From Andalucia godoyi And28 (Eukaryota > Protista > Jakobida), in NCBI GenBank assembly GCA_009859145.1, contig VRVR01000013.1, forward strand, positions 148,786 through 212,785: a stretch of DNA of 64,000 bases. Reading direction: 5' to 3'. Under the pieces are notes generated by a model. That model did no database searches. It was not told the origin of the DNA and saw only the letters and a list, made by a program, of their open reading frames with translations. Positions 19,880-28,581 of the stretch are shown piece by piece (positions within the stretch are counted from its first letter, which is position 1; every line of letters starts with the position of its first letter). The translations under genes were made by a program, and so were the position numbers.

Positions 19880-22777
19880 TCACTCTTGCGAAGGATTCTC
19901 GGTGAGTGCATCCACGATGCTGGAGCCCTCCATAAAAGTTGCTCTTGGTCTTGGCTTCGCGGATTCTTCGAGGATGCGTTGGAGATGCACAATGTCGTTG
20001 CTGTGTTTTGCCCTTTGGATTTCCTCTAAACACGACCGTATCTCAGCGGCTGACCACCGGCTGAAGTCGACGTTCCCCGTTTCATGGACATGCTTCCGCT
20101 CTTCCGCCTCGCGTTTGAACGTTTCAATCATTGTCATCGTGTGCATTTGATCTTTGTCTCCTTTCTGTTTCAGATCCCGTCGGAATTCTTTGGCTACTTC
20201 GACAATGGCGGGCGGGTATCCACAGTGCTGGGCAAGTTGGATGCCGTAGTCTTCTGCACATTCCCCAGTATCTGAGACCCTGTATGAGTGCTGCAGTCGG
20301 GAGACGCTACCCTCGGCAATAGACTCCGTGTGGAGATGCAAGAGCTTGCATTCCGAATACACAGCTGCCAACTGTCTGATTTTTGCATAGTGCGTGACAA
20401 AAAGCGTAAAGGCATTCATGGACATTAAATGCTCGCACACTGACCATGCTATACTTTCTCCATCTGCGTGGCTTGTGCCGCGGCCCAGTTCATCCATGAT
20501 TACCAAGCTGTGAGAGGTGGCGGCATGCATAATGTTTGCAACTTCGCGCATTTCGACCATAAAGGTGGACGCATTTGAAAGGATATCGTCGTCTGCGCCA
20601 GCCCGCACGAAAATCCGGTCGAAAACCCGCATGGACGCAACCGCTGCGGGTACAAACGATCCAATGTGCGCCATGATCACGAGAAGTGCTGTTTGCTTAA
20701 CATACACCGATTTTCCGGCCATGTTTGCCCCCACAACGAGCTGCAGCGGCTGCTGAAATGTCATAAGCGTGTCGTTGGGGACAGTTCCGGAAGCCAACTT
20801 GTCCAGAATGGGATGCCGCCCTCTCACCAGCCCCAGAGGGGCCTCGATCTCATCGACCATCTCTGGGCAACTGTACATGTCTGACACTTTGGCAACTTCG
20901 GCAAAGGACGCAATCATGTCCAGCAATGCGAGACCGTCTCCCAGTTCGAAGAGTTTTGGGATTTTGGATCGAACGTCGCTCGCGGTTTCTTCGAGCACGC
21001 TGCACGTGATGATGATGATTTCCGACAAGATTTCTCGAAGTCGCTCATTCAGAGACATCACTTCCTCCGTTGTGCACTCCATCCGATTACTGTGGATGAC
21101 CTGTTGCAAGAAAACATTTCGCGACAGTCCTGGAATGGAAGACCTGTTTGGTAATGTGGACATACTGATCCGTGAAGAAGAAGACGAAGCTGCATAGGAC
21201 GATGAAACTGTGTCATCGTCGGTGTCGACATCATCCCCCCGGGGGCTTCCCAGCGTTGACGACGAAGCAGCAGCAGACAACGAAGCAGAAGAAAAACTCG
21301 CATCTCGAGGTCGCTTCTCTCGTTGATTTCCGGCCGACTTTCCTCGAGAAGAAAAACTGAGCTGGAGAAAGTATCCGCGCTGAGTTGAAAAGGACAGTTT
21401 CAGACTCGGGATGTTGTACTCCACCCGATACTTGTCCCCCAAAGACAGGATTTCTTCTGTGATATCACTGTACTGTTGCCGGGCAATATCGAGCAAAGGA
21501 TTGATGCCCTGCTTGACAGCAAAGATCTGTGAGACCTGTGTCGCCAGCGAGCCTTTTCCAAACGACTGCTTTCCTCCAACTAAAGAGACGTCCTCCTCCA
21601 GAATCGTGTCAAGGTTGGCTCGAAGTGTTGCTAGCGTGTCATCGTTGCACATCTCTCCAATACTTCGCAGCAGCGGCGAGTCCGAACAGCAGGAGAGTTC
21701 GTCTGCAATGTCTGGTAGCGTGCGCAGCCCTTTGTGTACCTGCATGATGGCGGAAATAATATTTTGCAAATGGGATCTAAAAGGATTGAGATTCGACGAG
21801 ACCATCGCGTCGCTATGTTGCCACCTTTTTGGGGCAGATGCCGCTGACGCTGCCAACTGGCCACACAGGAATCCGAAATCTGGGATGCTTCGCAGTGCTT
21901 CCTGGACCCGAAGGTGCACATCATCCCGATTGACGAGCTCCGCAACTGCTTTCAAACGGCCACGAATTGCCCCCGTTTCGCGAAGCGGCTGCAGTATCGT
22001 TGTTCTAATCAAACGAGCGCCCATGGGAGTCTTTGATCGATTGAGAACTGCGAACAGTGTGTTTCTGTCCGATCCATCCGACATATTCTGCACGAGCTCC
22101 AGCGAGCGGGAAGTCGGAGCGTCTATCACCATGAACGAATCCAGACTCCTGAATGAAAATCGGATTGTCTTCGGAAGCAGCACAACATTTCGGCATGTTT
22201 CGGCATATCGCAAAACAGCACAAGCAGCAGACAATGCAAGAAATCGATTTTCCAAGTCGACATCCACCACATTTCTGTCCTCGGCAAGCACTCGATCCCT
22301 CAAGATTGCGTATCCAACAGAGGAATCAAACATTTTGCGAGGCATGGATTTGATTTGCGACTTTGGATAAGCCTCCTGGACAGAGTTCCATATCTTTGAC
22401 GATGCATCTCCTTGGACCGAAGAAGGCAGTACGATCTCCGATGGATCGGCTACATTCAGGACTGTCACGGCGTTCCATCGCGTCGGAGAATCCAAAAACT
22501 GATAGACTGTCAGCGTTAGAGAGTGGACTTCAAAGGAAGCAAGACCCACCTCATTTGACTTGGATTCCAGAGCCGAGCAAATGACAAGCGGTTTGCTTTT
22601 GGATGTTGCGTCCGAAAAGGAGACTGCAGAGGTCGCGGTACGAATGGACCCCGGAGTCGTCCTTGCTTTCGCAGACTGGCCCACGGTGGCCGGTGTTCTA
22701 CTGGGATTGTGGTACGACCTGCGAATCTGCAGTGCTTCGGCAGGCTTTGGTCTCGGTGTAACGAAGTCGGAGTTCAT
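19880..22777 (-). CDS. MSH4: Meiosis-specific MutS homolog 4
   Basis: No mismatch-recognition domain I. Motifs SLELVQN, TLFAVLNRSKTPMGARLIRTTILQP, Walker A GANMAGKS, STFMVEMRE and DELGRGTS. First ATG at 22777. Confidence 0.85.
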   Translation of the reverse strand: MNSDFVTPRPKPAEALQIRRSYHNPSRTPATVGQSAKARTTPGSIRTATSAVSFSDATSKSKPLVICSALESKSNEVGLASFEVHSLTLTVYQFLDSPTRWNAVTVLNVADPSEIVLPSSVQGDASSKIWNSVQEAYPKSQIKSMPRKMFDSSVGYAILRDRVLAEDRNVVDVDLENRFLALSAACAVLRYAETCRNVVLLPKTIRFSFRSLDSFMVIDAPTSRSLELVQNMSDGSDRNTLFAVLNRSKTPMGARLIRTTILQPLRETGAIRGRLKAVAELVNRDDVHLRVQEALRSIPDFGFLCGQLAASAASAPKRWQHSDAMVSSNLNPFRSHLQNIISAIMQVHKGLRTLPDIADELSCCSDSPLLRSIGEMCNDDTLATLRANLDTILEEDVSLVGGKQSFGKGSLATQVSQIFAVKQGINPLLDIARQQYSDITEEILSLGDKYRVEYNIPSLKLSFSTQRGYFLQLSFSSRGKSAGNQREKRPRDASFSSASLSAAASSSTLGSPRGDDVDTDDDTVSSSYAASSSSSRISMSTLPNRSSIPGLSRNVFLQQVIHSNRMECTTEEVMSLNERLREILSEIIIITCSVLEETASDVRSKIPKLFELGDGLALLDMIASFAEVAKVSDMYSCPEMVDEIEAPLGLVRGRHPILDKLASGTVPNDTLMTFQQPLQLVVGANMAGKSVYVKQTALLVIMAHIGSFVPAAVASMRVFDRIFVRAGADDDILSNASTFMVEMREVANIMHAATSHSLVIMDELGRGTSHADGESIAWSVCEHLMSMNAFTLFVTHYAKIRQLAAVYSECKLLHLHTESIAEGSVSRLQHSYRVSDTGECAEDYGIQLAQHCGYPPAIVEVAKEFRRDLKQKGDKDQMHTMTMIETFKREAEERKHVHETGNVDFSRWSAAEIRSCLEEIQRAKHSNDIVHLQRILEESAKPRPRATFMEGSSIVDALTENPSQE

Positions 22778-23027
22778 GTTGGCGGCGGCAAAGCAGTTTC
22801 CCAAAAACAAGCTCAGAACAGCACGTACGTGAGAAGGAAAATGAAGATTGTGTGTATAAGAGAGGAAGGGAGAGACAGAAAGAGAGAGAGAGAGACAGAG
22901 GAAAACAAGTCTGTTTTATTGTTTTGATTTCTGTTGTTGCAAATTATTTTTTTTTAATTTGTGCGCGGAGACACGACTTTCCGCAAAATCATGACAGATG
23001 AGTCTGGATGAGTCGAGAGTCAGTTGA

Positions 23028-23076
23028 TGACGTCCACGTCACAGCACTGACAAATTTCTCAAAATGCCACGTGTCA
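23028..23076. promoter_or_regulatory. Candidate UPR/bZIP elements upstream of calreticulin
   Basis: TGACGT-CC-ACGTCA (23028-23041, contains CCACGTCA, the reverse complement of UPRE TGACGTGG) and GCCACGTGTCA (23066-23076), 170-215 nt upstream of the ATG. Confidence 0.5.
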
Positions 23077-23242
23077 GAGCATGACACGCAGGGGATGCAT
23101 GATGCACAAACCCCTCTGATTGCTTCTGTCCCAACTCTTTCTCTTTCTTCTGCTTCTCTTCTCTCCCTCGTTGTCGTACTTCTTTTCGCCTTTCTTGCTT
23201 ATTATATCCAACAGCTATTTGAGGTAACGGTTCGCCATTAGA

Positions 23243-24487
23243 ATGTCGAAGCTTACTTGTCTGTTTGTGGTGCTTGGCCTCGTAGCCGCAGCACACGCAA
23301 ACTCCTACTTTACAGAGAATTTCGACGACAGCTGGACTTCTCGCTGGACGTACTCCAAGCACAAGGAGGCAGAGGGCACAGCTGGAAAGTTCAAGCACAC
23401 TGCTGGAAAGTGGTTTGGCGGTAAGGAGTCTGATGCAAAGGGCATCCAGACTTCGCAGGATGCTCGTTTCTACCAGATTTCTGCACCCTTCACCAACAAC
23501 GGTGTGTATTCCAATGAAGGAAAGGACTTTGTTCTCCAGTTCACTGTCAAGCACGAGCAGAGCTTGGACTGTGGTGGTGGATACATCAAGGTTTTGCCCA
23601 AGGGTCTTGACCAGACCAAGTTCAACGGTGATTCGGACTACAACATCATGTTCGGACCGGACATCTGCGGATCGACCACTCGCCGTATCCACCTGATCTT
23701 CAACTACAAGGGAACCAATCTTTTGTGGAAGAAGGATGTTCGCTGCGAGACGGACCAGCTTTCACATGTCTACACATTGATTGTCCATCCAGATAACACT
23801 TATAAGGTTCTCGTTGACAACCAGGAGCGTGCTGCCGGTTCGTTGTATGAAGACTGGGACTTTTTGCCCGCCAAGCAGATCGATGACCTTTCCGTCAGCA
23901 AGCCCGAAGATTGGGACGAGCGTGAGGAAATTGCAGATCCCGCGGACCACAAGCCTGAGGGCTGGGACAACACTCCTGCAACCATTGAGGATCCGAACGC
24001 ATCCAAGCCTGCAGACTGGGATGATGAGGAAGATGGTGAATGGAAGGCACCCCGTATCCCGAACCCCGAGTACAAGGGGGAGTGGAAGGCCCGCATGATC
24101 AAGAACCCCGCATACAAGGGCAAGTGGTCTCCACCCAAGATCGACAACCCCGAGTTCAAGGATGACCCCACGATCTATGTTCAGAAGGATATGGCCTTTG
24201 TTGGATTTGAAATCTGGCAAGTGAAGGCTGGAACCATCTTTGATGCCATCTACGTCGGGGACTCTGTTGAGGAGGCCAAGGCGCTAGCGGAGAAGTCCAT
24301 CGAGACCTTCAAGGAGGAGAAGAACGTCTTTGACAAGGTTGAGGAGCAGCGCCGTGCAAAGGAGGAGGAGGAGCGGAAAAAGCTCGAGGAAGAGCGCAAG
24401 AAGCGGGAAGAGGAGGATAAGAAGAAGAAGGAAGCCGAGAAGGCTGACGATGACGAGGAGGAGGAGGAATTCAAGGACGAACTCTAA
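23243..24487 (+). CDS. CALR: Calreticulin
   Basis: Signal peptide, KHEQSLDCGGGYIK, MFGPDICG, P-domain repeats (KPEDWDE, WKAPRIPNPEYKG), acidic tail and terminal KDEL. Confidence 0.97.
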   Translation: MSKLTCLFVVLGLVAAAHANSYFTENFDDSWTSRWTYSKHKEAEGTAGKFKHTAGKWFGGKESDAKGIQTSQDARFYQISAPFTNNGVYSNEGKDFVLQFTVKHEQSLDCGGGYIKVLPKGLDQTKFNGDSDYNIMFGPDICGSTTRRIHLIFNYKGTNLLWKKDVRCETDQLSHVYTLIVHPDNTYKVLVDNQERAAGSLYEDWDFLPAKQIDDLSVSKPEDWDEREEIADPADHKPEGWDNTPATIEDPNASKPADWDDEEDGEWKAPRIPNPEYKGEWKARMIKNPAYKGKWSPPKIDNPEFKDDPTIYVQKDMAFVGFEIWQVKAGTIFDAIYVGDSVEEAKALAEKSIETFKEEKNVFDKVEEQRRAKEEEERKKLEEERKKREEEDKKKKEAEKADDDEEEEEFKDEL

Positions 24488-25071
24488 ATGTACGCTTCCG
24501 TCGTGTGCTGTTTCCTTTTAAACTGGATGAAAAAGAGAAAGGAAAAACGTTTTCTTTTTATCGTCCCATCCACCACTCTTGTCAGTTTTTGAGTATACAT
24601 TCTCATATAGCTCGCATCGTGCAATTTTTTTTTCCTTTCAAAACAACAAGCAACCCACAAAAAAAACAACTTGGAAAACTAGAAAGCTCTCCTTTTCTTT
24701 CTTTCTTCGTGATTTTTTCGTTCTTCCTTCAGACATTGCCGATGCCGACACACCGCAGACGACATCTTCTTGTCGGGAGTGCGGTCGGAATCTTCATTTT
24801 CGTATTCCAACATCGCTTCGTTCTTCAAGGATGGGACGTAATCGCATTTTTTTTCTTTTTCGTCGCTTCGCTACCGCCAGGTCCCCGACACTGCCGGACT
24901 GTTTTCAGAATGTCCCGAACACCCGCAATACCAAAAGCAAAAGCAAAAGCAAAAACAAGGAGCAAGAGCAAAAACAAAAACAAAAGAAAGAAAGACGAAG
25001 AGTGCTCGTTTACTCTGGTGTTGCTGCTGAAGAAAGCTGAAGAAGAGGGGAGGAAAAGAAAAGAAACGGAA

Positions 25072-25677
25072 ATGAGGATAATGAAAGCAAGATGCGTGTT
25101 ATGTGTAGTTTTGGTTGTAGCACTGCTTCTCGATGTATCCGGAATCGCGAATGCTCAAGACGGGGTTTTTGGAATTGATGTTTCCAAAGTTGAAAATCTG
25201 CAGCCCTTCGAGGCGTTTGTTCGGATGGAGCCTCACAAAGACATTGAGGAGTCTGTTGTTCGTGGGGATGGCTACTGTGCCGTGTCCTTTCGGTCGTCTT
25301 CGGGAAATGTAGAGAATTGGAGACTGCTGCTCACGAAGCGCGTGTTGCCCAGCGGAAAAGAAGGCTACTTGTGCGCGTTTTCACCACTGCTTGGCGGGGT
25401 GCCGGCGATTCGGTTTCTTGGATTTTCAATGGATGCGTATTCGATCGCGGAAGACCAGCGAGTACGAATTGATGATGTTGAATTTTGGTCCAGCACGGAG
25501 CTGTTGCACGAGGGAAAAGAGTACCATGTCGATCGATCGATTGGCGAGGTCTCGTCTCTCCCTGGCTGGTCCGGGAATTTAGCCAGAGTCCACATGTGGT
25601 TCCATTTAGAAACCCGGCCGAGAAGTGTTGCACGGGATTCTCCAGCAAGCCTCGAAACGAACTCGGGCATTGCGTAA
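25072..25677 (+). CDS. Secreted/ER protein, MYDGF (UPF0556/C19orf10)-like
   Basis: Signal peptide CVLCVVLVVALLLDVSGIANA. YCAVSFRSSSGNVENWRLLL...YLCAF...IRFLGF aligns by eye with MYDGF TCMFTYASQGGTNEQWQMSL...FTCTI...LYFTQF. Start at 25072 or 25081. Confidence 0.6.
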   Translation: MRIMKARCVLCVVLVVALLLDVSGIANAQDGVFGIDVSKVENLQPFEAFVRMEPHKDIEESVVRGDGYCAVSFRSSSGNVENWRLLLTKRVLPSGKEGYLCAFSPLLGGVPAIRFLGFSMDAYSIAEDQRVRIDDVEFWSSTELLHEGKEYHVDRSIGEVSSLPGWSGNLARVHMWFHLETRPRSVARDSPASLETNSGIA

Positions 25678-26090
25678 TACGACGATACGACACTTGTCTC
25701 CTCGTTTCTGCCATTACTCAGCCCTTTTTTCTCTTTCTCTTTTCCGTTTTTCTCCCTTGATTTGTCGCTGTCTGAAATGTAAAGCATAGGAACATCATGT
25801 ACTGCTGTTTTTCAGTAAGCGACAAATTTACTTTGTTCAGAAGGAGACAGTATGATAAATACGGCAATCAGAAAAACAGACACATCATAACAGAAGAAAG
25901 AAAGGGGGGGGGGGGGGGGGGGGGAACAGTGAGAACCAACAACGACACGCGTACAAATGAGAAGATGATGCAGGATGCCGTTCATGACAAACTCCAACCC
26001 CTCCAACCCCCCACCACCACCCCACAGCAGAGAAAAGAGACATGTTGGGTTTTTTATCCCTCATCCCATGCTGCGCTTTGGCTGAAGACA

Positions 26091-26951
26091 TCAACAATCG
26101 ACGCATTCCACACTTAGCAGTCCCTGAGTCTTGTACGGGTATGGCATCTTTCCGAACGTGTTGTTGTGGACCTGCACGCCGACCTTTGTTGTGAGGATCT
26201 GCCAGATGTCATAGATGTCCTGTGGGTGTGCATGGAGGCATCCATGGCTGTCTGGCATTGGCTTCGAGGGATCCCAATCTTGCCACTCTCCTGTATGCAG
26301 CAGAATTCCGTTTCGCACGTTGGGGACGGTGAACCGGGCATTTCCGTCAATGCCCGCAACGGCGCGATTCACAGGATAAGGGCCATATTCCTGTGGATCA
26401 GACTCTGGAGAATTCAGATCAAGCGACATCAGCCCAGAAGGCGTGTTACCATTCGATGCAAACTGCGTCAAGTTTGCCTGGCCCTTTGCCCGAACCGTGA
26501 ATGTGTGCAGCACTGCCATGTTTCGGTCGTACAGCGTCGCTTGGACTTCGACACTTCTGTCTTTGCGGACGGGAACATGAACCTTGTACAGAATTCCATC
26601 GGGTAGCGTACCTTTCAGATCGTCATGATACCCATCGTATTCGTACATTTTGTAAAGCAGATTTTGCGTGTACACATCTGCGATGCCAGTCACTGGGAGT
26701 CCTTGGGCACTCTGGAACTGGCGAATGGCAGCTGTCGTCAGACCATCAAACTTTCCGGAAACAGAAAGGCCAACGGGCGCATTTGGCATCCTGCTTAGAA
26801 ACACCTGTAACACATACACCGCATCTCCAGAACCACCCAGCGCCAAATCACTCGAGAACGGAGGAATGTATTCAGGCTTGTCTGCAGCAACCACCAACAA
26901 CAGCCCCAAGCCACAGATAACACCCGTGAAAAATACTGCTCGCAGCAACAT
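26091..26951 (-). CDS. Secreted peptidoglycan-binding (PG_binding_1) plus YkuD/L,D-transpeptidase-like protein
   Basis: Signal peptide; PGBD motif LALGGSGDAVYVLQVFL...GKFDGLTTAAIRQFQSAQGLPVTGIAD; catalytic-type motif ILLH-X15-SHGC. First ATG at 26951; no introns. Confidence 0.82.
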   Translation of the reverse strand: MLLRAVFFTGVICGLGLLLVVAADKPEYIPPFSSDLALGGSGDAVYVLQVFLSRMPNAPVGLSVSGKFDGLTTAAIRQFQSAQGLPVTGIADVYTQNLLYKMYEYDGYHDDLKGTLPDGILYKVHVPVRKDRSVEVQATLYDRNMAVLHTFTVRAKGQANLTQFASNGNTPSGLMSLDLNSPESDPQEYGPYPVNRAVAGIDGNARFTVPNVRNGILLHTGEWQDWDPSKPMPDSHGCLHAHPQDIYDIWQILTTKVGVQVHNNTFGKMPYPYKTQGLLSVECVDC

Positions 26952-27265
26952 GTTTTGCGTGTTTTCTTTCTTTGTCCCTCGGTTGTTAGATTTTGAAAAA
27001 CACAAGCTAATGCGAACATCAAAAAGGACGCGTGAAGGAGGTTATGAACCATGAAAAAAACCAGCATCCATACCAAAAAGGAATCGGCCCAGTCGGGCAA
27101 TTTGATTTTTTGCGGATAGTTTTATCCACTCGGTTGTTTACGACGGGTGCAACGAGGCCTTCGTTTGAACGGACTTTGTCTAAGCTGAATTACACAGGTC
27201 GAGCCCGTAGCGATGTGTAGAGACGAGCGAGCAGTATGCAGTTTTCGGAGGGAAGAGTGGCGAAG

Positions 27266-28102
27266 CTAATCTCTGAATCGGTATAAAAAGTCATTTGTGA
27301 CGGAATGAAAGACGTCGGGCTGTTCGTTGTGGATCCAATGGCCGGCGTCGATGTCTTTGAACTCTGCCTTTGGGAAGAAGGCTTTGACATCTGCGAAAAA
27401 CTTTGGATCCAAAAGCCTGCTTCGTGTGCCTCTCACAAACAACGCGTCCTTATCAAAAGAATGAAGCGATGGATCATATGGGAAGCCAGCAATGTCGTCC
27501 AGATGTCGATATATTGCATCGAGGTTCATTCTCCATCGGGGAGGATCGGTCAGGAAATTCGTCATGATGAAAGACCGCACATCTTTTTCCGGAATCGACG
27601 GTTTCAGCTGCTCTTCCACCTCGAGTCTGCTATGACTTGGGCTGTGACTGAGACTGTAAATGGAACTAGGCCCGCCTGTAAGGTTGATGCGGCGCAGCGC
27701 ATCGATAATGACTGGAATGTCCCAGTTTGCCAGAGAATACCTGACAGGCGCAATATCACCGACTACAATTCCTGCAAACCGATGTGGATCAGACACTGCG
27801 GCACTCATCAGCTGCTTGCCCCCCATGCTGAAGCCAATCGCCACGCACCGCTTGATCTTGTGGAAATCAAGATACCGAAACAGATCGTCTGCCATATCTG
27901 GATACGTCATTTCAGGAACATGCGGATTCGATCCGTGGTTTCTTGCATCAAGCATGTGCACTTCATATCCTTCCTTTTCGTAAAAACGCGCCGTCAAATT
28001 CATGTTGCGGTGATTACCAAGCAGTCCGTGGAGGAGGATCAGCGGAAGAGAGCTCACCACCCTGTTTCCAATTATCTTGGAGTACACGATAGGATGCACC
28101 AT
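27266..28102 (-). CDS. Alpha/beta hydrolase, ABHD11/YbfF-like esterase
   Basis: LHGLLG, DARNHGSNPH, GFSMGG nucleophile, VGDIAP and AGHWIH motifs. Confidence 0.88.
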   Translation of the reverse strand: MVHPIVYSKIIGNRVVSSLPLILLHGLLGNHRNMNLTARFYEKEGYEVHMLDARNHGSNPHVPEMTYPDMADDLFRYLDFHKIKRCVAIGFSMGGKQLMSAAVSDPHRFAGIVVGDIAPVRYSLANWDIPVIIDALRRINLTGGPSSIYSLSHSPSHSRLEVEEQLKPSIPEKDVRSFIMTNFLTDPPRWRMNLDAIYRHLDDIAGFPYDPSLHSFDKDALFVRGTRSRLLDPKFFADVKAFFPKAEFKDIDAGHWIHNEQPDVFHSVTNDFLYRFRD

Positions 28103-28581
28103 TCTTCAGGAGGGGGGAGAGGGCTTGAGCAACGCAATTACCACACTAATTGTTGCGGTTCCTCTTGACTACTACTATCTGCTTTTTTGAATCGTTGGCC
28201 CGTCTACAAATAGCAAGGATGCGAATTAGGATGGACTTCGCTGGTCGAAATGGATGACGGAACCACGAAGCATTTTGTGGAATTTTCTCAATGGGTTTTC
28301 TCCAAGCTTGAGGTCCCTCTTTTTATATATATATATATTTTTTCGGGTGTTTCAGGAAATGCAAAGAAGGGAAATGTTGCCAAATGTCGACCGACAGCCT
28401 GACTCTTTTTTTTTTGAAACGTTCCCTTCCTTTCAACAATTGGGCGCCTCTTTGCTATTTTGCCTCTTTTCCTTCTTCTTTTCGTCTTTCTCTCTGCTGT
28501 TCATTTGCCTCGCACTATATTTCCTTATCCTTTCACTCATAAACTCACTTCCTCTTCTTTTCGTATTTCGTGTTTCGCACA

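Noticed and set aside
24505-25071. Long N-terminal extension of the 390-aa ORF
   Set aside because: Non-ATG start through T-rich and AAAAGC-repeat intergenic DNA. The real gene begins at the signal peptide (25072/25081).
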